Origin: Bryobacterales bacterium
Lineage (GTDB): Bacteria; Acidobacteriota; Terriglobia; Bryobacterales; Bryobacteraceae
Direction: 5' to 3'
DNA: 64,000 nucleotides
NCBI GenBank assembly: GCA_038322705.1
Contig: JBBQGC010000016.1
Span: 3,955 to 67,954, forward strand
Position numbers and translations under genes: made by a program. Below, piece after piece: positions 8,748 through 19,300 of the stretch. The notes under the pieces were generated by a model. That model saw only the letters and a list, made by a program, of their open reading frames with translations, was not told the origin of the DNA and made no database searches. Position 1 is the stretch's first letter; each line of letters begins with the position of its first letter.

Positions 8748-11700
8748 ATGAATTCCACTTTCATACACCAGCAATTCATTCGTGTCCTGATTTGCCTGGG
8801 CGCAATCAGCGGGATCGCCGCGGCCCAGCCGTCAATCGCCGTGCTCTCCGGCACCGAGAGTGGCACTGCATTCTACTCAACGAGCAACCTGGCGCCTGTA
8901 TTCTCGGTAAGCGGTTTACCGGCGGGCAGTTACCAGTTTTTACCCGAACCGGACGGATCGAAATATTATGTTGTAGCGGGCGCTCCGGGTTTAACCAAAC
9001 TCGATCGCAATTTGAGCAATCCCGTTCAGGTTCTCGGAAATCTAGGTAGTTCGCCGCGGAGCGTGACGATGAGCCCGGATGGGCGCCGGCTCTTCGCTAT
9101 CGCCGACAACCGGGCCTACTTCATCGACACAGGGACGGACAGCGTCATTGGGAGTTCTGTAAACCTCACCGGGAATCCGGTGGACGTCGCCTTCAGCCAT
9201 GATGGGCAAACCGCCTTCGTGTTGAGCGATGGCAGTTTCACGGCCTTCGTTATGCGAGTGGATCTATCCGGCAACGCAATCCCGGCGAGCATCAGCCTGC
9301 CGATCAGCGGAAGCCCGACTGGAATCGCCGTGGCGCCGAGCGGCTTGGTATACGTGAGCGCTCCGAATGCGGTGTTCGAGATCAATCCACGAACCATGGC
9401 CGTTACGCCGGGACCGAATCCTCTGAGCGCGGCCACGATTCCGGTCAACGGAACACCGGGTAAGCTGCAGTTTACGAGCGACTCCGCGATCGGCGTGGCG
9501 CTGAACCTTACTCCGGCGAGCGGACCGGTGATCCTGTTCTACTTGAATGCCGGGGTAGCGCAACCTTCCCGGAGCGCCTCCTTGCGCGGCACGTTGGACC
9601 AGTTGTTCGTGCCCTCGTCCAGCCGAATCTTCGCGCATTCGACGGAGAACGTGCTCTACGAATTCAACCCGTATGGCGGTTTAGATGTCAGCCCGGCGGT
9701 GTCAGGACTGCCCGCGGATGCACGCGTGATTTCGCTTGTGCCATCCAATGAATCGGATGCTGCGTCGCTGTTCCTGATTGCGGTATTGGGCGGATCAGCG
9801 TCGCTGTACAAGATCGATCTGGCGACGAATGCGGTGCTGGCGCGAGTGCCGCTATCCGATGCTGGAGCGAGCCAGGTGCTCGTGTTCGCATCGCCCAATC
9901 CGTCGACCGGGGGGCTGTATATGGACGGGATCGGGACGGCTCAGAACATCGCCCCAGGTGCCACCTCGTTGCCGCTCGTAGCGCGGGTGCTGGATATCAA
10001 TGGCGTGCCCGTATACAACTCGGCGGTGACGTTCACGTCGCTGTGCCCTGGGATTACTCTGAGTAGCAATCGCGCGGTTACCAACGCGATGGGCTTGGCC
10101 GAAGTGTATGCAACAGCGGGAACGAGTCCGGGAATCTATCGCGTGCAGGCGTCGATTCCTGGCGGCGCAGGAGGCGGAGTCGCTTACACGGTTTCGATTC
10201 CAGGCGCGGCGGTTGCGGGCGGCTGCTTCGACGCGAATACCGACTCAATTTCCATCGCAGGCGGAAACGGGCAGATTGTATCCGCGCAGCAGGTCAGCCA
10301 GCAATTGATGATGGTAGCGGTGAAGGACGCCGATGGACGGCCCATCGCGAACCAGCAGGTTACGTTCGCGGTCGTGCAAGGTTCAGGGACTTTGTTGTGT
10401 CCCACCATCGGCGATTTATTCCCGTATCTCCCCACGGGCTCCTGTGGGCGTACTGTGTTCGAAGGGATCGCGGTGATGACGGACGCGACGGGGCGGGCCG
10501 GAGTGAAATTTCTCTCTACTTCCGTAGATCAGGGGCAGTCGTTTACACAGGCAGTAGTGAACGCTTCGACCAACCAGGGCTTCGTGAACTTCGTGATGAC
10601 GACCGTGGCTGTGGCGCGGGCGAACGGCAACCTTGCTTCCCTTCCCGAGGTGGACCTGGTTAGCCCGCAACCCGAGAGCACTCCGCCGTTCACCGGAGTT
10701 AGCGTGATCCGGGGCTCTACCGGGCAGACCATCCCCGGAGCTCTTCGGTTCCGCATCGCCCCGGCGGACGGGCAGCAGCAGGGAATGCCGCTGGCGGGTG
10801 TCGCCGTCAATGTCTCGGGATCGGGGGATCCGAAAACGACTCCATCGGCGACCTGCGCCGGGGGCTCGGCTCTGTCGGATGCGACGGGTCTGGCGTCCTG
10901 TGATCTCGTTTTGGGACCCGTGGCCGGAACCGCTCCGCTGGTGGTGAACATCGGTGGCGCGATCTACTATTCGACGTTCGCGGTGGTGGTCACGCCGGGA
11001 GCGCCCTTCAACATCCGGGTGCTGCAAGGCGACAATCAATCGGGCACACCGGGCCAGGCGCTGGTGCTGAGAGCCCAGATTCTCGAGGCTAGCGGAAACG
11101 CCGCGCCGAATGTTCCCGTAACGTGGTCGATCCTGCAGGGGACGGGAACGCTGAGCGCGTCGTCACAGCAAAGTGAAACGCGTTTCGGAGATGTTCAAAG
11201 CACCTTGACGCTGGGCTTGAAGCCAGGACCGGTGGTCGTAGCATTAACCGCTGGATCCGGATCCACGGCAACGCAGGCGAGATTTTCGATCAACATAAAT
11301 CCGCCCCTCGGGACTGGGGCGGGTCTGGTCGCGAGCCTCACCGCTGTATCGGGAGGCGGGCAAGTAACCGCGCCAGGGCAGTCGTTTGCTTCCCCACTCA
11401 TGGTGCAGGTCAGTGACGCGAGCGGGCAGCCGGTTGCGGGCCTGGCGGTGTCATTCAATGTAGCGTCCGGATCGGCAACGCTCGGCTCGCCGGCGGCGAT
11501 CACCGACGCTCGCGGGAATGCCGGGACGACAGTGACCGCCGGTGCGGGGGGTGGCCCCATCCTGGTCACCGCGTCGGCCGGCAATCTATCGACGCAGTTC
11601 TCGTTGACGTCCCGCGGACCGTCGATCGCCATTGACGCCGGGGCATTTCGAAATGCGGCCAGTAACGTGTCGGGTCTCGCTCCGTGCGCCGTTGCGACCG

Positions 11701-12368
11701 TGTCCGGAACGGGCTTGGCCACGGGCATCGTGGGCACTGTTCAGAGCAACGCGCCCGACGGAACGCTTCCGCTCAGCTTTGCAGGGGTCAGTCTGACCGT
11801 GAATGGGATACGAGCCCCGATACTGGCGTTGTCGAACAACGGGCAGGGCTCGGAATCCGCTACGTTCCAGACGCCGTGCGAGGCGGCTTCCGGTGCCGCG
11901 ACGATTGTGGTGAGCGTCAATGCCGCAAGCACGACCATATCGAACGTCCCGGTGAGTGCCTTGCAGCCCGGCATTTTCGAGGTGGCCTACGATGGCCGGA
12001 GACAGGCCGCCTTAACGCGCTCGGCCGACGGGATCTCGATTGGACCAGGCAACCCCGCCCATCCTGGTGACCGGTTGGAAATGTTCGTCACGGGCATCGG
12101 CCAGACCGCGCCACCGATCATCACCGGGCGGCCTGGCACGGGAGGTCAGACGCTGAACCGTCAAGTGACGGTTCTGGTGAATAACACCGTAGTGCCGGTG
12201 ATCACGACGGAATATTTAGCTGGAACGGTCGGCGTATACTCGATCACTTTCGATCTGCCCGCAGGCCTCACGGGCCCATATCAGACGTTGAGCCTGTCTG
12301 TTACGGATCCGAGTGATCCTGCTGCGGCACCAGTGGCGGCGCAAGATTCGGCGATTCCGATCGGTTGA
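8748..12368 (+). CDS. Large secreted protein: beta-propeller-like N-terminal region, several Big_1 (invasin/intimin-type Ig-like) domains, Solibacter-type C-terminal domain
   Basis: Signal peptide MNSTFIHQQFIRVLICLGAISGIAAAQP. Repeated V(T/S)F...G.G.L...T(D/N)A.G.A motifs. C-terminus is LPLSFAGVSLTVNGIRAPILALS...QPGIF...GDRLEMFVTGIGQT...AGTVGVYSITFDLP. Confidence 0.8.
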   Translation: MNSTFIHQQFIRVLICLGAISGIAAAQPSIAVLSGTESGTAFYSTSNLAPVFSVSGLPAGSYQFLPEPDGSKYYVVAGAPGLTKLDRNLSNPVQVLGNLGSSPRSVTMSPDGRRLFAIADNRAYFIDTGTDSVIGSSVNLTGNPVDVAFSHDGQTAFVLSDGSFTAFVMRVDLSGNAIPASISLPISGSPTGIAVAPSGLVYVSAPNAVFEINPRTMAVTPGPNPLSAATIPVNGTPGKLQFTSDSAIGVALNLTPASGPVILFYLNAGVAQPSRSASLRGTLDQLFVPSSSRIFAHSTENVLYEFNPYGGLDVSPAVSGLPADARVISLVPSNESDAASLFLIAVLGGSASLYKIDLATNAVLARVPLSDAGASQVLVFASPNPSTGGLYMDGIGTAQNIAPGATSLPLVARVLDINGVPVYNSAVTFTSLCPGITLSSNRAVTNAMGLAEVYATAGTSPGIYRVQASIPGGAGGGVAYTVSIPGAAVAGGCFDANTDSISIAGGNGQIVSAQQVSQQLMMVAVKDADGRPIANQQVTFAVVQGSGTLLCPTIGDLFPYLPTGSCGRTVFEGIAVMTDATGRAGVKFLSTSVDQGQSFTQAVVNASTNQGFVNFVMTTVAVARANGNLASLPEVDLVSPQPESTPPFTGVSVIRGSTGQTIPGALRFRIAPADGQQQGMPLAGVAVNVSGSGDPKTTPSATCAGGSALSDATGLASCDLVLGPVAGTAPLVVNIGGAIYYSTFAVVVTPGAPFNIRVLQGDNQSGTPGQALVLRAQILEASGNAAPNVPVTWSILQGTGTLSASSQQSETRFGDVQSTLTLGLKPGPVVVALTAGSGSTATQARFSININPPLGTGAGLVASLTAVSGGGQVTAPGQSFASPLMVQVSDASGQPVAGLAVSFNVASGSATLGSPAAITDARGNAGTTVTAGAGGGPILVTASAGNLSTQFSLTSRGPSIAIDAGAFRNAASNVSGLAPCAVATVSGTGLATGIVGTVQSNAPDGTLPLSFAGVSLTVNGIRAPILALSNNGQGSESATFQTPCEAASGAATIVVSVNAASTTISNVPVSALQPGIFEVAYDGRRQAALTRSADGISIGPGNPAHPGDRLEMFVTGIGQTAPPIITGRPGTGGQTLNRQVTVLVNNTVVPVITTEYLAGTVGVYSITFDLPAGLTGPYQTLSLSVTDPSDPAAAPVAAQDSAIPIG

Positions 12369-13064
12369 TTAATCGACGAGCGTCTCCGTCTGGGCTTTCG
12401 CTTTGCGCACGGTGATCTCGCCCGTTCCGACCCGCAACTGCAAGCGGTGCGGCGGGGTGCCATCATCGGCCCGCTCCGGTCGGTTCGAGGAGCACCACTC
12501 GGAGTTCACGCCACCAAAGCGAGCCCGCGCATCAATTGCGTACCGTTCTGTCTCGGGAAGACTCAGTTCAATGTCGCCGAGCCGATTGCTCAGCACCATG
12601 CTGGCCCGGACGTCGTTGACTTTCAGCGCACCCGAGTCCTGACTTACCACCAGGCGCGTCTCGCGCGGAACGTGGATCCGGTATTTGAGTTGCACACTCG
12701 AGCGGCCCCCGAGCGGATGCAGCACGCTGTGCGAAGGAAACTCGGTGCGAATCACGACGTGATCGTTACCGACCTGGTGAGCGGTAACGAGCACCTGATC
12801 GAGACCCTCGGACACGCGTTCGATGTCGGACGGCGCGAATCGCTTCCGCGTCGATTTGGTCACCATGATCTCGATCTGCGGCTGATCCCAACCGGAGATC
12901 TCAACCAAGCCCGTCGAGTCCTTGACCTCTAACAGCCCGCCTGATGGAAAAATCGTCTGCTGGGTATCGACGACCTCAGCGGGCGCCATCACGACGTTGG
13001 TGCGGGCCAGAACGGTGGCTGCCGCGACGGTTGTAAGGATCAGAACAGTGGCTGAGCGTCCCAT
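12369..13064 (-). CDS. DUF4097-like beta-strand repeat protein (putative adhesin fold), secreted or membrane-anchored
   Basis: MGRSATVLILTTVAAATVLA leader at ATG 13064. Segments such as GDIELSLP, GGVNSE and GEITVRK are typical of DUF4097. Confidence 0.6.
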   Translation of the reverse strand: MGRSATVLILTTVAAATVLARTNVVMAPAEVVDTQQTIFPSGGLLEVKDSTGLVEISGWDQPQIEIMVTKSTRKRFAPSDIERVSEGLDQVLVTAHQVGNDHVVIRTEFPSHSVLHPLGGRSSVQLKYRIHVPRETRLVVSQDSGALKVNDVRASMVLSNRLGDIELSLPETERYAIDARARFGGVNSEWCSSNRPERADDGTPPHRLQLRVGTGEITVRKAKAQTETLVD

Positions 13065-13182
13065 GTAACTCGCCTCCAGTGCCCGTTGAGCAGGCAAGCC
13101 GGACGCCAATGCTCCTGCCCAGTGAAATCATCGGTTTGCGAGTTTGCGGCTGAGGCGCGGTGTGCGGATGTGGGACAACGGG

Positions 13183-14403
13183 TCACACGCGCGGCCCGGC
13201 CCCGAACACGCGGCCGGCGCGTACCCAGCGCGAAGCCCGCACGGCACTCAGTTGCGCCTCGGCTTGCTCCCACTTCGACTGAAGCTCCAGCGCCCAACGG
13301 GTCCTCTCGTCGAGCTCCGCATCTGAAGCATCGAGCAGTGCCACAGCGCGGCCGAGCTGTCCGCGAAAATTCTCGACCTCGGCCGACAGGCGGCGCTCGG
13401 TTTCGAGGGCCCACTCCGTCTTCGCATTGTTCTCGGCCTCGAGCTCGGCCAATCGCTCCGCGTAGTGCCGGCTATCGGCGGCGTAGGCGTCCTGCAACTC
13501 CACGATGCGCTGCTGCGCGGCTTTCCACTCCTGCTCGATGCCGAGCGCCCAGCGGTTCTGCTGCTCGAGATGATCCTTCTGGGCCGCTAGCGCAATCAGA
13601 AGTTCGCCGCGCTCGCCGCGAGTCTCCTCGAGCCAGCGCGCGTTCAATTCGAGCTCGGCCTGGAGTTTGGCGATGTGCTGCTCGCGCTCGCGCAGTACAT
13701 TGGCGGCGCGAGGCACATAAACGAAGGAAGGCAACCCGGCAAGAGGCGCATCCGAACAGACACCGATGAAGAAATGCGCCTGGCTCGCGTCACCACCGCT
13801 AGACTCGATCCGCCCGGACGCCGCCGAGAAGGTCTTTGCAGGATAAAAGACGAAAGCCTCCGAACGGTTTTGCAGCACGATGCGGACTGCGGGGAACGCC
13901 GTTTCCAATTCGCTCTGAAACTCTGCGGCGGTGAACTCGCGGACGTGGAACGGATTCTGCCCTTTCTCACCGCGCGACTCGGCGTAGTATTCGCGGTTGG
14001 GCGTGGAGACGAGCAGAACGCCGCCGGGGGCAAGCACCCGCCGCGCCTCGCGGATGAGGCCGGCCTGGTCTTCCAGATGTTCGATCACCTCGAAGGCGGT
14101 GACCAGGTCGAACGCTCCGTCCGCAAACGGGAGCGCGGTGGCTGAGGCGGCAGCGAGACGCAAGCGCGCGGCGGGATCCTGAGTGCGAGCATATTGGACA
14201 GCCTCCAATGAGATATCGACGCCGGTTACCGAACGCGCATCGCGGCTCAGGGCGGCAGCTCCGTAGCCCGACCCGCAACCGGCGTCCAGCACGCGCTTGC
14301 CGGGGGAAAAGAGCGCTGCAAAGGCGTAGCGGGCGACGTGCTCATTCCACAGGTCGGTCTCTACTTTGCCGGGGATAACCCGCTCGCCAGTGAACTCAAT
14401 CAT
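13183..14403 (-). CDS. Class I SAM-dependent methyltransferase fused to a ~190-aa C-terminal coiled coil (WbdD-like architecture)
   Basis: VLDAGCGSGYGAAAL (SAM motif I) and LLVSTPN. The C-terminal half is heptad-rich, with a recurring RWALE/EWALE motif four times. Start at ATG 14403. Confidence 0.8.
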   Translation of the reverse strand: MIEFTGERVIPGKVETDLWNEHVARYAFAALFSPGKRVLDAGCGSGYGAAALSRDARSVTGVDISLEAVQYARTQDPAARLRLAAASATALPFADGAFDLVTAFEVIEHLEDQAGLIREARRVLAPGGVLLVSTPNREYYAESRGEKGQNPFHVREFTAAEFQSELETAFPAVRIVLQNRSEAFVFYPAKTFSAASGRIESSGGDASQAHFFIGVCSDAPLAGLPSFVYVPRAANVLREREQHIAKLQAELELNARWLEETRGERGELLIALAAQKDHLEQQNRWALGIEQEWKAAQQRIVELQDAYAADSRHYAERLAELEAENNAKTEWALETERRLSAEVENFRGQLGRAVALLDASDAELDERTRWALELQSKWEQAEAQLSAVRASRWVRAGRVFGAGPRV

Positions 14404-14458
14404 TTGGACACCGCATACGCGCATTCAACTTGACTAGGCAATGCAACCCAGCCGGGAC

Positions 14459-14575
14459 GCGAGATCACTTGCTTGCGTGCGTGGCTCTGAAGCGGGCGCG
14501 AGATCACTTGCTTACGCGCGTGGCTCTGAAGCGACCGCGAGATCACTTGCTTGCGCGCGTAGCTCTGAAGCGACA
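14459..14575. repeat. Perfectly phased 3 x 39-bp tandem direct repeat in the Wzt-methyltransferase intergenic region
   Basis: Units at 14459-14497, 14498-14536 and 14537-14575: GCGAGATCACTTGCTTGCGTGCGTGGCTCTGAAGCGGGC and two copies that each differ from it at a few positions. Confidence 0.95.
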
Positions 14576-14598
14576 GAATTTTGAGCCAAACGGTCGAT

Positions 14599-15906
14599 TC
14601 AATCAATGGACACCGCCGCGGGCTGCGGATTTCCCAGACGCGCGTTCAACTCGACCCGGCACCGCAAATGGAGGTGTCCATAAATAGGCTCGGCGGTACG
14701 CATCATGTGCAGGGCGATGGCGTTGTCCACCCAATCGCAGATCGAGTACTGATCCAGCGTTCCGTCGGCGATCGCAGGTGAGAAAGAGAAGGTCGAGGCG
14801 TACAGGGCTGGTAACTCGAGGTGGAAATCGACCGTATAGACATCTCCGGCCAGCATCGGCGGAAGCTGGAATCCTTCGCGGCTCGTGTTGGTACCGGCGA
14901 AATCCATGCCGAGGTGGTTGCGCAGCATGAAGCCGACGATCGGCTGGCGCAATTCACGCTTGGCCCGCGCGCTGATGCGGACCACGATGCTGCTCTCGGG
15001 CTCGAGCGCGGGAACCGGCTGACCGGCGCCATCCAGAATCTCGATGCCGAGCAGTTCGGCGCGGCCATCGCCGAAACGGTTGTCCACATTCGGCAGGTGA
15101 GTAGCTACCTCGGGCGCCACGCCGGGGGCGGAGAGACGCGGCTCCTCGTCGGGTTGATGCGCGAGATACTCGGAGTCCTTGTGGGCCATGGCGGCGAGGT
15201 AGCGCGTCACCACGCGATCCACGTCGCCGATCTCTTTCATCTCGCCGTGGTCCAGCCAGAGGGCCCGATCGCCGAGCGCCTTCACGTCGCCGGTTGCGTG
15301 CGAGACGAACAGAATGGTCACGCCGCGGGCGCGAAGCTCATGAACCTTGCGCATGCAGCGCTGGCGGAAATAGATGTCGCCAACCGCGAGGGCCTCATCC
15401 ACCAGCAGAATCTCGGGGTCGACGTGAATCGCGACGGCGAAGGCCAGCCGCACGATCATGCCGCTCGAGTAGGTTTTGACGGGCTGGTGGATAAAATCGC
15501 CGATCTCGGCGAAGGCGGTGATCTCGCGATATTTCACGTCCATCTCTCGCGCCGAGAACCCGAGGATCGCGCCGTTCAGATAGACGTTGTCGCGGCCCGA
15601 GAACTCCGGGTTGAAGCCGGAACCCAACTCCAGGAGGGCCGAGACGCGGCCCTTCACCGAGATGGAGCCCGTGGTGGGCTGCATGATTCCCGCTACCAGT
15701 TGCAGCAGCGTGCTTTTGCCGCAACCGTTCTCGCCGACGATGCAGAACGTCTCACCGGGCCGCACTTCGAGCGAGATGTCGCGCAGGGCCCAGAAGTCGC
15801 GATGAAAGCGGCGGCGGTTGAAAGTGAGCAGCTCTTTCAGGCGGTCGCCGGGCGATTGATAGATCGAGTAGCTCTTGGAAACGCCGCTAAACTCGATGGC
15901 TGCCAC
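14599..15906 (-). CDS. ABC transporter ATP-binding protein, polysaccharide/O-antigen export type (Wzt/TagH-like) with C-terminal Wzt_C-like glycan-binding domain
   Basis: Walker A GENGCGKST, signature YSSGM, Walker B ILLVDEA. About 190 extra C-terminal residues form a beta-sandwich-like pattern (FGDGRAELLGIEILD...). Confidence 0.85.
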   Translation of the reverse strand: MAAIEFSGVSKSYSIYQSPGDRLKELLTFNRRRFHRDFWALRDISLEVRPGETFCIVGENGCGKSTLLQLVAGIMQPTTGSISVKGRVSALLELGSGFNPEFSGRDNVYLNGAILGFSAREMDVKYREITAFAEIGDFIHQPVKTYSSGMIVRLAFAVAIHVDPEILLVDEALAVGDIYFRQRCMRKVHELRARGVTILFVSHATGDVKALGDRALWLDHGEMKEIGDVDRVVTRYLAAMAHKDSEYLAHQPDEEPRLSAPGVAPEVATHLPNVDNRFGDGRAELLGIEILDGAGQPVPALEPESSIVVRISARAKRELRQPIVGFMLRNHLGMDFAGTNTSREGFQLPPMLAGDVYTVDFHLELPALYASTFSFSPAIADGTLDQYSICDWVDNAIALHMMRTAEPIYGHLHLRCRVELNARLGNPQPAAVSID

Positions 15907-15954
15907 AACTGCAAATCTAAAGGACGCCTCGAGGGGGTGTCAAATCACCGGCCC

Positions 15955-16098
15955 CTACGCGCGGTGGATCGGGCTGACGCGCTCTTCGAGCCGGTTGATC
16001 TCGCTCTTCAACAGATCAATCACGTCATCGAAGCGCCGGTTCATGTCGGCTCTCAAATCCTCCCAGCGCTTGTCGGAGGCATTGAATCGCGCCTCCAT
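15955..16098 (-). CDS. Possible 47-aa coiled-coil protein
   Basis: ATG 16098 reads MEARFNASDKRWEDLRADMNRRFDDVIDLLKSEINRLEERVSPIHRA, with GGAG 10 nt upstream. It is below the track length cutoff and no family was recognised. Confidence 0.3.
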   Translation of the reverse strand: MEARFNASDKRWEDLRADMNRRFDDVIDLLKSEINRLEERVSPIHRA

Positions 16099-16340
16099 GT
16101 AATTGCGACTCCGTCAGGCGGGACGAATTATGGAAAATCCCGATTACAACTGTGAGCGAGATGAGTAGCGCAGGCCCCCATCCCAAAACTACGGCATTCA
16201 TGTAATCCGTTGCGGCTCAACTGAACCAGACCGTACTTCCCGCCAGCCGGGTCTTGCTATATAATTCAGACAACCGGATATTGCGGTAACGGACTCCGCC
16301 CTGGCGGCGGATCCGGAAACCAGTCCAAGGGGTTCTACGA

Positions 16341-19300
16341 ATGAACTTGAAACGCTCCATATGCGCCACGTTGGCGTTTTTCATTATTTTTGGGACGTTC
16401 GCAGCTGCCCAAGCTGTTAACGGCACTCTCGTCGGCACCATCACCGATTCAACCGCGGCTTCGGTGCCGAATTCCAAAGTCACGGTTACGGAAACCAACA
16501 CCGGGGTCAGCCGCTCGGCGACGACGAACGAGAGCGGAAACTACTCGTTCCCGGATCTGCCACCTGGCACTTATATGGTCGCGGTCGAACAGACCGGATT
16601 CAAGAAGACCACCCGCAGCGGAGTCGACGTTCTGGTGAACACGTCCATTCGCGTCGATTTAACTCTTACGCCCGGCGCGGTCAGCGAATCCGTCGACGTC
16701 ACGGCCGAAGTTCCGATGCTGCAAACCGACCGGTCCGATACCGGGCGCAAGATCGAAACCAAAACCATCGAAGACCTTCCGATGGGTGGCAGCCATAATT
16801 TCCAAAGCTTGAGTATTCTGGTTCCGGGCGCCGCACGGCCCGAAGGCCAGCACTCGGCGTTCTTCAACCCGCAAGTCAGCCTGGCGACGCGCTTCAACGG
16901 ACAGTCCCGCCTGGCCAATAATCTTCAACTCGAAGGCGTCGACGACAACCAGCGCACGGGCTTGTTGCAGGTTTTGATTCCGCCCCAGGAAGCGATTCAA
17001 ACCGTCGATATTTCGACCAGCAACTTCGATGCGGAACTCGGCCGCGCTACCGGCGGAGCCATCAACGTCATTATCAAATCCGGCACCAACCAGTTTCACG
17101 GTTCGGCGTACGAATCGAACCGCGTCAGCGCGCTCGCCGCTCGCAACTGGTACGATCCTGCCCGGAGCCATTACACCTACAACTATTTCGGCGCTACCAT
17201 CGGCGGTCCGATCATCAAAAACAGAACGTTTTTCTTCGGCGACTATCTACGGATCGAGGATCACAGCGCCAATAACGACCGTTTGACCGTGCCGACCGCG
17301 GATCAGCGCACGGGCAACCTGAGCGCGTTTTCGCAGCCCATCTACGATCCGGCCACGGGAGATCCGGCTACAGGCGCGGGGCGCACTCCGTTTCCCGGCA
17401 ATATCATTCCGTTGAACCGCATCAACCCGATTTCAGCCAAGATCCTGAGTGTCATCCCGCAGCCCAACCTGGGCGCTCCGGGCGCGTTGACGCAGAACTA
17501 CTTTATCAATAGCCCGTTCTTCCGCAACACCGACCAGTACGATATCAAGGGCGATCACAACCAGAGCGAGAAGGACCGCTTCTCGGTTCGCTACAGCTAT
17601 TCCCGTCCGGTTACCACCGACGCATCGGTGTACGGCATTTACGGCGGTCCGCGCGGAGTCGGCGGGTCGGGTTTTGAGGGCACCGGCATTCAAGGTACGC
17701 ATAGCGGCGCAATCAACTACAACCGCCTTTTCTCGCCCACGCTGTTGACCGAGGCGCGTTTCGGCGTGAACCGCTATCGTAATGACGCACAGCAGTTCGG
17801 CTACGGCCAGAACACAGCCGACGCGCTCGGCGTCCCCGGTATTAACGGCATTCCGTGGACCAGCGGACCGCCGCAGATCGCGCTCGATAATTACGGCGAT
17901 CCGTTCATCGGCTTCTCGGCCAGTCTCCCCTGGATCCGCGCGGAAACCAACGTCCTGTTCACCAACACGTGGACCAAGATGAAGGGCAATCACACCATCA
18001 AGTTTGGCTTCGACATGCGCCGCATCCGCGACGATTTGCTTCAGACCCAGACCTATAACCCGCGCGGCAGAATCCACTTCGGCACATCGCAAACCTCGAT
18101 TCCCGGGGCCAACACGACGCAAGGGAATTCCTTCGCGAGCTTCCTTTTGGACGTTCCCTCCGACATCGGACGCGATTACCCCGTGCTGTTTCCGGCGTAT
18201 CGCGCCTGGGAGTACTTCGCCTACGTGGGCGACAAGTGGGTGGTGACGCCGAAGCTGACGGTCGATATCGGGCTGCGGTGGGAATACTATCCACCGGCCA
18301 CGCCAGCCCACGACGGCGGCTTCTCGCAATATGATCCGACCACGAACAGCTTGAGTATCGCGGGCATCGGCAACAACCCCATCGACCTCGGCTTGCAGCA
18401 TCACTACAAGGACTTCGCTCCCCGCCTGGGCATCGCTTATCGCTGGAACGAGAAGACCGTGTTCCGCACCGGCTTCGGCATCAGCTACGCGCCGTTCCCG
18501 GACAACACCTACGCCTACAACTATCCGATCAAGCAGAACAACTTCTTCGGAGCGAACTGCTCGTACTGCTCGGCCGTGCTCCCTAACGGCCAGCCGGCGA
18601 CGTTCCAGAACGGGTTCCCGCCGTTCACCGCCGTTCAGATTCCCACCAACGGAATCATCCCGAACGCGGACGTGAACCAGACTTACTTCTTCATCAACCC
18701 AAAGTTCCGCGAACCCTACGTCGAGTCGTGGAACTTCGCCATTCAGCGCGCGCTTCCCTGGAATATCGCCATGGAAGTCGCCTATGTTGGCAACCACGGC
18801 GTCGCACAGCCGGCGGTGTACAACCTCAATGCATCAACGACGCTGGGCGCAGATATCCAAGGCCAGCCGCTCTATCAGAAGTTTGGGAAGAAGGCGAGCG
18901 TCGAGGACCGCTTCATCGGGCTGAGTTCGATGTACAACGGCTTGCAAGTCAAGTTCGACAAGCGTTACTCCAACGGCTTCGCGATGACCACGGCTTACAC
19001 CTGGAGCAAAGCGATGGGCTATCAGTCCGAGGACAGCGGTCTCGATACCTACATCAACCCGCGGCGAAACTGGCGGCGGTTGAACTTCGACCGGACCCAC
19101 TATTTCGTTCAGAGCTACGTGTACGAACTCCCGTTCGGAAAGGGGAAGAAGTATCTTGACTCAGGACCGGCGGGCATGATCCTGGGCGGCTGGCAGGTGA
19201 ACGGCATCCTGTCGATTGCCAGCGGTACGCCGATGACGTTTGGCGGCACTTCGGCGATCTTGAAGGCGCCGGGAAATAACAACACGTTGAACTGGTTTGG

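Noticed and set aside
14459-14575. Possible CRISPR array.
   Set aside because: The three 39-bp units are directly adjacent with no spacers. No cas genes are in the window.
16103-16340. Promoter or riboswitch in the 238-nt leader of the TonB-dependent receptor: a perfect TATAAT at 16259-16264, and CCGCCAG pairing with CTGGCGG.
   Set aside because: No acceptable -35 lies at 16-18 bp spacing. The long-range pairing is only 7 bp. The evidence is too weak to call.
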